A stretch of DNA of 62,381 bases, filler included, from Asterionella formosa (lineage: Eukaryota), in the NCBI GenBank assembly GCA_002256025.1. It is 19 parts of 19 records of this genome, joined end to end, with 100 filler letters (N's around TTAATTAATTAA, not from the genome) between each part and the next. Parts side by side here need not be neighbours in the genome. Positions count along the whole stretch, not along the records: positions 9,894 to 13,086 come from NKIB01014369.1; positions 13,187 to 16,378 come from NKIB01014370.1; positions 16,479 to 19,668 come from NKIB01014371.1; positions 19,769 to 22,962 come from NKIB01014372.1; 15 more parts are not named here. One strand, 5' to 3'. The notes under the pieces are model-generated. The model made no database searches. It was not told the origin of the DNA and worked only from the letters and a program-made list of their open reading frames with translations. Below are positions 11,368 to 23,062 of this stretch, one piece after another (position 1 is the stretch's first letter; the number at the start of each line of letters is the position of its first letter). Both the position numbers and the translations under genes were made by a program.

Positions 11368-13086
11368 TCACTTAATGTTCTTCCTCCGAAGTATTGAGCG
11401 TTTTGGCTGTTTTTCCATCGTTGTGCCATCATCTTCCTGCTGGTTTGCTATCATATTCTTAAGTGCGGAAATTTCTTCACAATGCAATGTTGTTTGGTCC
11501 TTCAGCTCATACATGTCCTGAGTAATCCTACAAACTTCATCCTTGTAAGCTTCACGATGATCTGCATACATTAGACCACCATCACTTTGTAGAGGGGCCT
11601 TCATCTTGGCCAAATCTTTTTTAACCGCATCTAATTCATGCTCAAGTTTGGCTCTATCTGCAAGAGAATCATTCAACTCCTTATTCAACTCATTCAACCT
11701 CTTGGAATGTTGCTTTTGAGAATCTCTCCACCTCTTCGCTTCTTCAGCATGGGAAACTTTCAAGTTTTCCAGTTCCTTGAGAAGAAAACCCACATCAACT
11801 CCTCTAGATCCTGGGATGATCAAGGCATCTTTATCACTAACCACTTTCGTTTTGTCAGTTACGCAGTATTTGATGTCTTGATTCAAAACAGAACTATTAT
11901 TTCCATTCATGGTAGTGACTGTATTCGGAAGTTGAATCTTTGGTAGTTTCTTAACTTCATCAATGGTCATGTTCAAGGTATTTGCAGCAAGACATTCATG
12001 CAGGTTTATCTCGAAATTGAAACTATCAAAAAGATTGTAGAGAGGAGTATCTACTCCTGGCTTCATTATGTGAGCAAGAGCACAGTCAGCAACTGCACAT
12101 CCTTTGTCCCTTGCTGGTGTGTTTGCTTTCTCGGCCAGCAACTGCAGCATGCGTGTCTTGAATTCCCCAAACTTGTCATCAATAGAGCCAAATGTTTTGT
12201 GAGCATGCAATGCCCGTACCATTATTCTAGCAAAGCACTCTACATCATATTTGTATGATACATAATTGTTTCTCTTCAGGGAAGCTAGGGTGGCAAATTC
12301 TGCAACATTAGCAACACCCAGCCAGTGATCTCGACTCTCTTTGAGTTGAACAATCATCTGAAAGAAAGAACCAATTGTATGCGCACCAGGTAATTGTATT
12401 TCATTCTTAACAACTCCGATGGCATTAGCAACAAGTGCACCAATTTTGGTATTCTTGATCTGCTCAACTTTATTATTTCTAAGAAGTTGGATGATATAAG
12501 AACGTACAGAACCATTGCTACCAGCTGCCAGCATGTTTGAGGAAAGACCCTCACAAGCTCCAATCATACAGTTTAGTTTGCCAAAAAGTTCTAGATAGAA
12601 CTCACTGTATTTCTTACAAGAAAGGATTGCCTTTTGTTCCTCCTGATCGTCAGAATCCTGGCTTGTTTTTTCAAGTAATTTATTCAATATTTTCTGATGC
12701 TTGGTTGTGACTTGAAAACTAAATGCTTGATTTGACTTCTCTTCTTCAAAAGATTCAATGAGAATCTTAATAAGTTCATTGTCTTCTTGCGTCTTTGACA
12801 CTAACTTGACTAGATTCTCATGTACAATGTGCTCATTGTCTCCTTTTGTATTGGTGCCTTCCTGTTGTTGATTAGTTAAAAACCTATCTTCGACAATGGG
12901 ATCAGTTGGATTGTTACTGCTTGGCGTTGGAGTTGCTGGGGAAAAAGATTGTGCTGCATTTGTTGTTGTTGTTGATGACATTGGCTGAGTTGTGTTGGCT
13001 ACTGTTGGTTTGCGGTTCTTGTTTGCATCAATGAGTTTGTTTATATCATTTAGTAAATCGTCACCAATTGAATTAAATCCGAGATA
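11368..13086 (-). CDS. 5'-truncated LRR protein with an unrecognised central domain and C-terminal coiled coil
   Basis: The 537-aa ORF stays open upstream to the contig edge, adding YLGFNSIGDDLLNDINKLIDANK (last LRR plus cap) and then a T/P-rich linker. The C-terminus is heptad-rich (LNELNKELNDSLADRAKLEHELDAVKKDL). Confidence 0.75.
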   Translation of the reverse strand, partial: YLGFNSIGDDLLNDINKLIDANKNRKPTVANTTQPMSSTTTTNAAQSFSPATPTPSSNNPTDPIVEDRFLTNQQQEGTNTKGDNEHIVHENLVKLVSKTQEDNELIKILIESFEEEKSNQAFSFQVTTKHQKILNKLLEKTSQDSDDQEEQKAILSCKKYSEFYLELFGKLNCMIGACEGLSSNMLAAGSNGSVRSYIIQLLRNNKVEQIKNTKIGALVANAIGVVKNEIQLPGAHTIGSFFQMIVQLKESRDHWLGVANVAEFATLASLKRNNYVSYKYDVECFARIMVRALHAHKTFGSIDDKFGEFKTRMLQLLAEKANTPARDKGCAVADCALAHIMKPGVDTPLYNLFDSFNFEINLHECLAANTLNMTIDEVKKLPKIQLPNTVTTMNGNNSSVLNQDIKYCVTDKTKVVSDKDALIIPGSRGVDVGFLLKELENLKVSHAEEAKRWRDSQKQHSKRLNELNKELNDSLADRAKLEHELDAVKKDLAKMKAPLQSDGGLMYADHREAYKDEVCRITQDMYELKDQTTLHCEEISALKNMIANQQEDDGTTMEKQPKRSILRRKNIK

Positions 13087-13344
13087 NNNNNNNNNNNNNN
13101 NNNNNNNNNNNNNNNNNNNNNNNNNNNNNNTTAATTAATTAANNNNNNNNNNNNNNNNNNNNNNNNNNNNNNNNNNNNNNNNNNNNTCACCACAGGGGCA
13201 GTACATTTCATTATCAATGATTGCCCCCTCGTGCCTCCTTCCAAAACAGTACTTTCGAGTAGCACATCCTTTGCCAGGGATAAAAAATACTCAAAACACA
13301 CCAGCAGGACATTGAATCAACAATATAATTGCATTTCTGTGTGA

Positions 13345-14856
13345 GGCCATTGCTATCGGTGGACCAAAACGCAAACCAAACAGTGTTTTGGTTTCGCTAA
13401 CCCTAAAAAACGATGCTAACAGGAGTGAAAAACCCAACGCAAACGCATTAAATTTAGGGGATTCCGTGCCCATATCCCAATAAGTTACCCAAACGCATTA
13501 CGTTTAGGTTTTTTTCTCCCAAAGTTACCTAAACGGAGGATTCCATATTGACTACTTTGAATGTAGTCACTAGAAACCCAATTATTATCATTGTCAAGAA
13601 CAACAACAACAACAAATCATCTCGGATTTCACCACAATCAACATGTCATCAAACCCACATTTCACCAACATGGCACACATATGTACCATATCAACGATAT
13701 TGTGGAACTTGTCCAACCAACTCGCCAAGATCATCTACTCCAAGGCAAGTGCCCTATGTTCCATGGTTTTACTCCATCTGCCTGGCGTACCAAGGTTTTA
13801 CTCCATCTGCCTGGCGTACCAAGGTTTTATATCTCTGCCTGGCGTACCAAGGTTTGATATTCAATTGCTACTTTTTATATAGAAACTTCCTTTATTTAAA
13901 CTCCTTCCATTTGCACTTCGTACTTGTAACTGTATCGGGCGTCATCACTTATCAAGAAACCAACTCAATCCACCAGATAATCAATTTACTTGTCATCACA
14001 GTCCGCAGGTCCTGTCCAGCCGCTTGTAGCTACTACCTGTCGTCGCTCGCTTCTTGGAATGCAACAGCTCCACGTCATATGACTCAATCCAGACTTCAAA
14101 CACATTATCTTCCTCTCTTGCATGAGTTATCACGCGGGTCTCAACGAACACTTGCTTCCCAAACTTTCCTGTCAGCGCTAGAGTAATCTTTTCTGCGATC
14201 TCCAGATCGGAATCGTCACCGGTACAAGCCACAACGATATGGCCACGAAACTGCTCTTCGAACTCCGGATCATGATCGTAGTCACACTTAATTTCCTTGC
14301 CAAGCATCTCTCTGTAATCCCTTTAGTCTTCTGACAACTCATCGTCTTCTCCAATTCCATTTTCACGATCCATTTCCATATTCCAGCGGCGAACATCCTC
14401 CAATGCATCTTGAATCAATGGTTTGTCTGGATGAAGCGGCATTTCAAAGCTATTTGAAAAGACACATCTTCATCTTTGATATCATCGTCGTCAAAGTCCA
14501 CCCATGGCTGCTCTTCCGACAGAGAATCCGCGTTCTTCTCTAGGCATGTCGTTGATCATGTAATCAATGGGATCAAAGTTGTTGACAACAAGACAGCAGC
14601 ATCGCTCAAATTGCGGGAAAAACTAACTAATTCTCAAATAGGAATAATAATATTTCATTTATAAAAGTAGTCTAATAGAAATATTTTACTTTTTTTATAA
14701 TGGTTTTGTCATCCTACGTCACAGTAGATGGGTGGTTGACAGCATTTAGGATTTCCCAAAAACCGATAGCATCGTTTTTTCGTCAGTTGACCAAAACCAA
14801 AACCAATCCAAAAAAAGTTTTTGGGTTTTGGTTTGGGTCAACGGTTAGCAACGGCC
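13345..14856. mobile_element. Non-autonomous PIF/Harbinger-like DNA transposon (~1.5 kb)
   Basis: Imperfect TIRs: GGCCATTGCTATCGGTGGACC on the left and GGCCGTTGCTAACCGTTGACC (reverse complement) on the right, sharing subterminal AAAAAACGATGCTA. TGA flanks both ends (13342-44 and 14857-59). Another copy of the end lies at 42788-42835. Confidence 0.65.
13765..13855. repeat. Three ~29-bp tandem repeats (ggttttactccatctgcctggcgtaccaa)
   Basis: Units start at 13765, 13794 and 13823. Confidence 0.9.
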
Positions 14857-16478
14857 TGACTATGTAAAAAAACCTCACCGCCAAGCAAACAGCAATTATT
14901 ATTTGTTCTGCCTTGCTCATGTGCTGACCACAACCAGCTGCCAGCTTTCCCTGCTGTCCACATCCCCCAAACAAAGCACTTGATTGATGTATATATATCT
15001 ACACCATAGTCATCATGATGGCAGAGCTAAAAAATATTTATGCAAAGATCCCTAATTGATTTACTCACTACTACTATCAAAATAGTCCGGTGTGAAATGC
15101 ACATGTTGTCAATCACTAGCCTGCTGCTGTCGCTATTTTAGATCTCTGATACATGCAAGTGAAAAAGTATTTTAAATCTTGAGAATGGGGTAGCTTTGGT
15201 GTGAATTAAGTAGCTGTTGCTTGATGCCTTCCAAAAGAAATGATACACTCTCAACACAAAATGATAAGAACCAGAGCTGGTAATATAAGATGTATCAGTA
15301 TCATGATAGTATTGTCATGGTTGGGGAAAATAGCAGATGCTTACACGTACTAGTACCAGGTAGATGAGACTCATTCCTGGTACTCTGGGAAAAAGTTGCC
15401 ATAAAAACGGTTTACACTGCCAACTGCAAGGAAAAGCGACCAAGATGATTCAGATACATCCATGACTTATTGAGAAAGCCCAGGGGTGGCTGGCTGGTGT
15501 TGACTGCTAGATAGGTTTTTCCTTGTTTAGCTGTAAGCAAATGATTTTGCACTTCAAACTTTCTTGTTAGCACCATTGGAGCCTGCAAGCCCCAAAGATA
15601 ATGGTTCAACATGCATCTTCAATTGGAGTGGACACTGGATAACTAGAACTAGTTATTCTTCATAGCAGTGGTCCTCCATTGGCCAATTAATTATCGCATC
15701 ATTTTCATCATGATCCAGATTTTCTAGATATGAGACAAAGTACTTACATGAGGTTGTCCTGGTCACCTTCATTCCCACCTTCATTATCAATGCCACAAGT
15801 AACATCATCATCATCAGCCAGTTTGCTGGCACCATTTCTGGTGGTTGATGTAACAGTGTATTTATAATAGTAATGGAAGCTCAAAATGATTAAAATCCAG
15901 TTTCAGCTGCCAATTTTTACAGTCAGGCATATGTTTCTGCATTGGAAGCAAGAATATGATATGTAGGATATCTGGCTGAGAATAAGTTGTAGATTGTTGT
16001 CCTCAATAGAAGAATGAAATCACTTGCTTTTTTGTCATCATGCTGGTGTGAAAGTCATTGTGATTATAGTTTTGGACAGTATCAGGTCCATAAAAGAGTA
16101 TCCCAAATTTTGGAGGTTTGTAACAGAAATGGCATATTTTTGTCCAAGTTGCTTTAAACAAATATTCATACTGGCATCATAAATCATGACCATCACTCCT
16201 TTGTAGGATGAATGAATAAATCCAGTATCATGTACATCATTTCGTGTAGGTCTTATAGATTTACTTGACAAACCATCAAAGCCACGACCGTTTATAGTGA
16301 GCTCTTAGTGAGTAAAATAACTACCAGGTACTGCGGAGTAGTACCAGGTACCGGTGTATTAAGTACAGCAGGACTTCGNNNNNNNNNNNNNNNNNNNNNN
16401 NNNNNNNNNNNNNNNNNNNNNNTTAATTAATTAANNNNNNNNNNNNNNNNNNNNNNNNNNNNNNNNNNNNNNNNNNNN

Positions 16479-18557
16479 AATACCTTGACAGCGTAGAAAT
16501 CATATCCGTCTGATTCCATTGACTCCATTAGTCTAAGTGCTTTCAGGGGTTGACGAGTCCTTTCATATGCCGCAACTGTTGTGGTATAGAGATCAACGTC
16601 AGGAGTAAATCCAGCTTGCTGCATCACGCGAAGCAGTGCCTCAGCTCCTTCAGGTTGCAGGCGGTCAGCGAGACCACGAATCAGGAGGTGGTAAGTTTGG
16701 CGATTGGGTTGAGCCTTGGACGACGCACGCATAAGTTTGAATGCAAGAATAGCCCTATTCATATCAGATTGCTTGCGACCTTCAAGCTGGGCAATTATGA
16801 CAGTGTTCATTGTGGCAACATTTGGCTCCAAACCATCCCGAAGCATCTTGCGTAGGAGCAACATAGCCCGTTCCGGATCTCCAGTTTTTCGGCAAGTACT
16901 AATAGCGGCTCCAAAAATGATCTCGTTGGGTGCAATGTTGGCCTCCCGCATCATTGAAAATACTTTAGAGACACCATCAATAGAACCAACTCTTTCGCAA
17001 GCAGTGACCAGTGACCCATAAGTGTAAATGGTGGGTTTCAAACCCTCAATAATGACCAAGTCTTTTGCGAGGTCAAATGCCCTTTCCACGTCCAAGGCTT
17101 CGGCACATGTTCGAATGGCTGCATTGTAAACAATAATGGTGGGCTTAACAACTGATGGATCATTCTGCATAATTCTCAACAATTGAAGGGCCTTTCTTTT
17201 GGGAAGATCATCTTTGTCTTGCTCACTGTCCCTTGACTTTGCCAACGCTGTTGCACACGCACCGATGACAGCCGCCATAGTCACTTCATTTGGCTCGACC
17301 CCTTGCTTTCTCATATCTTCGAGCAAGGCAAACGCCCTTCGCCATTCACCGGCTCTTTCCAACCCAGTTATTGCCGATGTGTATGAGACTACATCAACAG
17401 CAACAGACTCGCTTTGCATCTCCTGCAGCAGTTCAATTCCTCGCTCCCATTTTCCTCCTCGAGCACAGGCTGAAATTGCGAGATTGTAGGCAACTGCATC
17501 AGGGCCCTTCAAAGGTGATCGGACACCCGATCGTTGCCATCCCGCTGTCTTGCGCTCCACATTTTGAAGAGAAACCTTCATCAAATCCAAATATTTGACA
17601 GCCTCATCGGCCAAGCCCATTTGTTGGCATGCATGCAAGGTGGCAGTAGCCGATATTCCATCTAAAAGAAGCCCCTTCTCCTTCATTTTTTCTGCATACT
17701 TCAAAATGAGATCCCACTGTTCTCCTCGTTCACATGCACTCAATACTGTCCCATAGGTAATAGCATCGGGCAATCCAGCTTCTTCCATTCTTTCTAGTAG
17801 TTCAATTGCAGGTCTCCATTGACCAGCTTGTGCGCACGCTGACAACGCGGCGTTATAGCCGACAACACTCATTGGCATTTTCTCCTGCACAGTGCACTCG
17901 TTTAATAGGCTCAAGGCGTGTCGATAGTCCGGAGGATTAGTTCGTCCCAGGGCTGAAATTGCCGACGAGTATACGATAGCATTCGGTTTGACGCCATACT
18001 CGCTCTGGAGATTCAAGTTGAGAAATTAAATAGTTCAACAACAAAATAATATAACGGTGTTTCATTCCAGATAATCTCACCTGCATAGTCCTTAGCAACT
18101 TGACCGCTCGGTCAGCCCGTCTCGCCCGATTACAGGCACTCATAATTGCCCCAAAAGTAAAAACATTGGGAGTAAGTCCTTTCGTTTTAATTCCTTGATC
18201 CAAAAGTTCAAATGCTAAATCAAGTCTCGTCGGTATTGCTCTGGCACAAGCGTCAATCGCAGCGTTCAGAATACGGATATTTGGATTCTCAATGCTCTCA
18301 TAGCGCTCAATCGCATCTTCGGTGGCCCCTCGTCGACCGAGAGAGACTATCTCACTCTCCAATTCATTCAGCTTTCTTTGCTTGCTTTCAATTGTCTGAG
18401 ACACCATAAACAGGGATGTCGCCGACGGCTGCCTTATCGATATTCGAACTGCCAATCCCATCGGGCGAAGTCGTATTCGCTGGACATTGAAGGCTTCAAG
18501 CTGCAATAGGACGAGGCAGGATATCAGAAAGAATTGTGTCCTTGATATTCGATACAT
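16479..18557 (-). CDS. Pentatricopeptide-repeat (PPR) protein, probably plastid-targeted; 2 exons, 3'-truncated
   Basis: Many 35-aa PPR motifs (e.g. VSYTSAITGLERAGEWRRAFALLEDMRKQGVEPN). A GT-AG intron at 18080-18005 joins TMQ|SEY in frame. The signal peptide ends in LEA-F. Confidence 0.92.
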
Positions 18558-19768
18558 TGCTGAAGAGTAACGGAACTGCACCGGTTGCATCTTCGAGCTG
18601 TTATCTCCTATTTCTGTAGTATGTAGGACGCTATTTATTCTTTCTTTCAGTCAAATTGTCGAGCTTAATTAAGGAGGTATGTGGATGGAAGCGAAAATAG
18701 TATTGCTTCCTTCTGCTATTTTCTGATGCATGATTGTTATCCGGTATGGCAAACAACGATGTTTGATTGATTCAACTTCCGGGTTGTTTCAGAATTTGTT
18801 CCTCGTCAAAATCGAGTTGCCTGTGCTTTCGAAATAATCTTCCTCCCAATCTAGCCTTCCTCGCCTTCACTATCTTGAGTGAAGGTGGTGTGAGTTTGAT
18901 GCTTCCATCTGTGACACAGTGATGTGTTGCAGAATTAGTTCAAATTCTTAGCAGTGATAAGTTGGTAATCATCTTCTAGATGAAGACCGAACCACCAACC
19001 CTACCTTGGGTACGACTTACGGTTTAACCAATTGAGCGCACCCACAAATCCCATGAAAAGCCCTGAATCAGTATGCTACTACTGGTATATTCACTGTGCC
19101 CAACACACTTCCTCACATTTTTGTTTCCATTTTCCTGCCTTCCCAATGAAGTAGTTTTCTTCCAGCAAATGCCAATACTTACAATTTTCAGTTTTGATTA
19201 GTAACTGCTGGTAAAGGAATAAACCCATAGTTTTAAAACACAAATAGAATCAAATCTAATAACACTGGAAGATTAAGTGCAATAATTGCACTCCCTATGA
19301 TAGTAGGATGATACTGGATGAGAAATGAACTCCTAATGTGAAAATGGATTGTCCTAATTTCTCAGAGGTGGGAAAATATGATAAAGCAAACCACCCCAAT
19401 TTGCTAGAAGTTGACAGAGGAATTAATTACTGAATGCTTGGCTTTAGAGATTGATCCATTGTCTCGCCTGCTAAATGAACATGGCATGTGCAATTTCAAG
19501 TCCAGAAGAGATAATATTGGTGTGGGAAATATGTCACAATGCAATTCAAAAAGCAATACTAGTGCATGTTAAATTTTCATCCCTTTTGTTTGACTTCATT
19601 GTTTCTCTCAATCAAAAAATGACAACAATTGTCATGTATATATTGGACATAGTAAGGCAGATATCTCANNNNNNNNNNNNNNNNNNNNNNNNNNNNNNNN
19701 NNNNNNNNNNNNTTAATTAATTAANNNNNNNNNNNNNNNNNNNNNNNNNNNNNNNNNNNNNNNNNNNN

Positions 19769-20086
19769 CATTTCAGTCGGGTAGTTCGTTGCGTCGTTAT
19801 TCATGAGCCATGTCATCCGCGCTCCACAAGTGATGCCATCTGCGTATTTGTTCCAGCCTTGTTCCGTACAGTATAGACAGTTGCAGTGCCGAGGAGCTGT
19901 TGGCTGCTTGGTGGGTTGCTTCGTCGGCGTTGCAAGGCGTCGTGTTGAGAAATGCGATTTTTCTGCCGCCACGAGTCTGCTTTCAATTTGTTTATCCTCC
20001 CTTTCCATGGAAGATCCAGACAGATTCCCAGCAGCAATAATGGAAGGAAGGACAATGTACCAGATAACGTAAAGCAGGAGCTTCAT
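19769..20086 (-). CDS. Secreted protein with PT-rich linker and a diatom-type Cys-rich module; 3'-truncated
   Basis: Hydrophobic signal peptide, PTKQPTKQPTAP linker, then CNCLYCTEQGWNKYADGITCGARMTWLM. Confidence 0.7.
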
Positions 20087-21371
20087 GATGGTGTGAATCG
20101 TTCAATGGTAAAATCAGAATTATTGACTTGATGTGAAGATCTCGCTAAGGTGATGGGCAACGAAAACGATTACAAAAGGAGTAACAAGATGAAGACGATG
20201 ATGAAAAGAAATAGTGAAAGATGTAAAAATTATGAAGTTGACAACAGAAAGGAATCAAGGTTGCAGCCCCGGTTTAATCCTAGTTAGCAAAGAAATCGCT
20301 AGGGTAGTAAAATTGGCGTGGAACAGGGAATTGTTTGTTTCTTTGTATTCCCATGTAGCAAGGATCTGTTTGAAAGTTTAAACCAAGTTGAAAATGGCAC
20401 CACATTGATAGAATTCCATTTCAAAAAGAATGAACCTAGGTTGACACTAAAGTATACAATAGGTGTTAGTCGAACTCTCTCCTGATAGAGTTCTGATATG
20501 ATCTATGCTTTCCCTCAATCAAACACACTCGACTAAGAAGTCTCAAGAAATCAAGGATAGTGGCACTGCACTCGAAGGGTATGCATGTTGGCCTCCACGC
20601 ATGCGAGACATGCTTCACAGCGCTTGCTTGGTTGCATCAGATTGCTGAACATCCAAGACTGGAAGAGATTTGTAACATTATTCATTTGCAAATTGAGGAG
20701 TTCATTGGAAGCAACTCGACAAAAGAATCAAAAACAAATGCAAGAAACTTACATACAACATCGACTGGAGAGATTCGATCTGGCTCAGCAGTGCATATTG
20801 CTATTCGAACGTTTTCGCTTCGTCCCTTGTGCACACAGTCAAGAACGCAGTCCTTGAGTCCATTCCCATTGCTGTCTGGACATGCTGACCACACAAAGGT
20901 CCAAAATAAATTTATTTAAGAAAGGCCTTAGTTCAACCCTACTAGTTTTGACAAAACAATTGTACTCTCATCACCTTGTGGTAGTCGAAACAAGTTCATT
21001 TTGCCACGATACCCGCTACTGAGTCAATGGACGAGTATGGATGAACAAACCAGATGTTCGAAGTTCACATACTTTGCTGTTTGATGAACATCTAGTTTCA
21101 AGAAAAGCAGCTAGACTAAAACAATAAATATTCAAACCTTGAAGAGGTGACCACATATTCTAGGAGTAAAATAGTGTTGATGTGTTTGATTGATACTTAA
21201 TACATGTTGGACTCTCCATTACAAACCTACCCCAAGTATCAAGAAAATCATGCTTTATAGTGGTTCTGGTTCTAGCAGACTGTTCCCTGGGTTGTCACGA
21301 CAAGCACAGATTATCTGGATGAAACCGCCATGACACTGAAAACTTGCCTTGTCCACCAGGAGCTCTATAAT

Positions 21372-21770
21372 CTACTCCACAATCTTAATATTTTCATACG
21401 GCGCATGACCCAAATCCAGCATGGGAGACCAAATACCCTGAATAGATGGTGTCGCTGTTATAACAGGCTGATCCAACTTTTTGATCTTGCGTCCCGACGA
21501 ATTGAATAGCATGTTCATGGCCTTTCGGAGCCACGAAATATCTTCATTCTTGACTCCGATTTGTTTGGAAGGTCCCGTGAGGTATTCTCCTTGAACATAC
21601 GGGTGTTTCCCGTTTCTCACCAATACGTCAACTTGCACCGAAGGATGGGCTGCCGCCCATTCAAGAACCTTTCCAGAGGTGAGAAATTCTCGAACGTGTT
21701 TTGAGGAACCTCCGTGCTCGCAGTAAACGATTTTGAGCTTCGTGAGTTGAAAGACGCCGCGAGTTGCCAT
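21372..21770 (-). CDS. MRPL43: Mitochondrial ribosomal protein mL43 (L51/S25/CI-B8 domain)
   Basis: MATRGVFQLTKLKIVYCEHGGSSKHVREF...RNGKHPYVQGEY...TPSIQGIWSP. The likely start is the ATG at 21770, not the longer ORF call. Confidence 0.9.
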   Translation of the reverse strand: MATRGVFQLTKLKIVYCEHGGSSKHVREFLTSGKVLEWAAAHPSVQVDVLVRNGKHPYVQGEYLTGPSKQIGVKNEDISWLRKAMNMLFNSSGRKIKKLDQPVITATPSIQGIWSPMLDLGHAPYENIKIVE

Positions 21771-22100
21771 TCTTGAGAAGTTGTGTTTATAAAGGAACAA
21801 ATAAAGAGCTGAATAATAAGAGCGGACAATGAAAAGCGGAAGAAAGCAAACTGATGATGGCTGTATGATGTAAAATGAACTCAAGACGATGATCGAGTGA
21901 CGGGATATCAAATGATAGTGTGTACAGTATACGGTTGTAAATACGGTATGATATTCATACCGGAATATGCGGTGATCATCTTCTAAATATTGTGTGTATT
22001 TTGTACAGGGATTGTCAGTGATTACAATTAGAACCCGGAGGTTTTTATCATGGTTTGCTATTTATTTACTGGTACTAATAGACTGGTACTGCCTCTGCAG

Positions 22101-22163
22101 GTTGCGGTAAAAACTAGCTTTAGCTTTGTTTTCCTCAAAGTAAAAACCGTCTTTTACCGCAAC
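22101..22163. repeat. Small inverted repeat (possible MITE remnant)
   Basis: GTTGCGGTAAAA ... TTTTACCGCAAC, perfect 12-bp arms. Confidence 0.5.
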
Positions 22164-22408
22164 TCCATTGGTATAGATGCACACTAAATGTACTTAGTAC
22201 ATACTATGTACCGGTATATCACAATTACCTATACCAGCGGGCCCCTTGGGAAAATCCGATAAAACACGTTTTTAACTTAAAAAACGATTCAGCTAAATAT
22301 CTCGACTATCGGACCTTCCTTGGTATAGTCCGGACGTACATCCTCTTAGAAATCATGAATAAAGATACCAGGTACCGGTACTATACTACCGGAATGTAGC
22401 ATAGTGAG

Positions 22409-22962
22409 TGTCAAGAATATAGCATCAATGGCTATAATGAGTCACAAGGACTGTGGACTCGACTAAAGTCCAATGAGTCAAATGGTGCGTTCCCATGTCA
22501 AGAAGCTTGCTAACGAGATTGATGTCTTAGATCAATCAGAAGAAGGTTTACATCAACGAAAAGGGAACACGAAGAACAGGTTCTCGAAGTGTGATGAATG
22601 GGATTGAAACTTAGTTTTAGTTTAATCTTATAATTAAGAAACAGTGAGAATTGACAGAGTAAGGTCAATAGCGAAAACTAGCACGAAGGCTAGCAGCAGA
22701 AAGAAGATAACAATACTAGTGGTATAACAGGTAAGTTCTACGTAAGAGGAACCCGTCAGACGGGAAGGAGTACGAGACCTTTCAACACGCTTTAAAGCGA
22801 TCACTTTTAAGGCCACAGGCTACTCAGGAACCATGGGAAGTGACGAAGACACGTCAGTGAGGTTGCCGACATTCGATGGGCAAGATGCTAAATGGCACAT
22901 GTGGAAAGCGAAGTTTCTCGCATACGCCGCGTGCTACAAGAACTTTCAAGGAATACTTAACG
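22409..22962 (+). mobile_element. Ty1/Copia element 1: 5' LTR (22409-22787), palindrome (22788-22799) and start of gag (22833-)
   Basis: TGTCAAGA...TTTCAACA LTR-like ends. The gag N-terminus RLPTFDGQDAKWHMWKAKFLAYA is homologous to the gag starts at 25221 and 59718. Confidence 0.8.
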
Positions 22963-23062
22963 NNNNNNNNNNNNNNNNNNNNNNNNNNNNNNNNNNNNNN
23001 NNNNNNTTAATTAATTAANNNNNNNNNNNNNNNNNNNNNNNNNNNNNNNNNNNNNNNNNNNN

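Noticed and set aside
15412..16271. Short minus-strand ORFs suggesting a decayed gene or transposase
   Set aside because: No recognisable motif and too fragmented to call.
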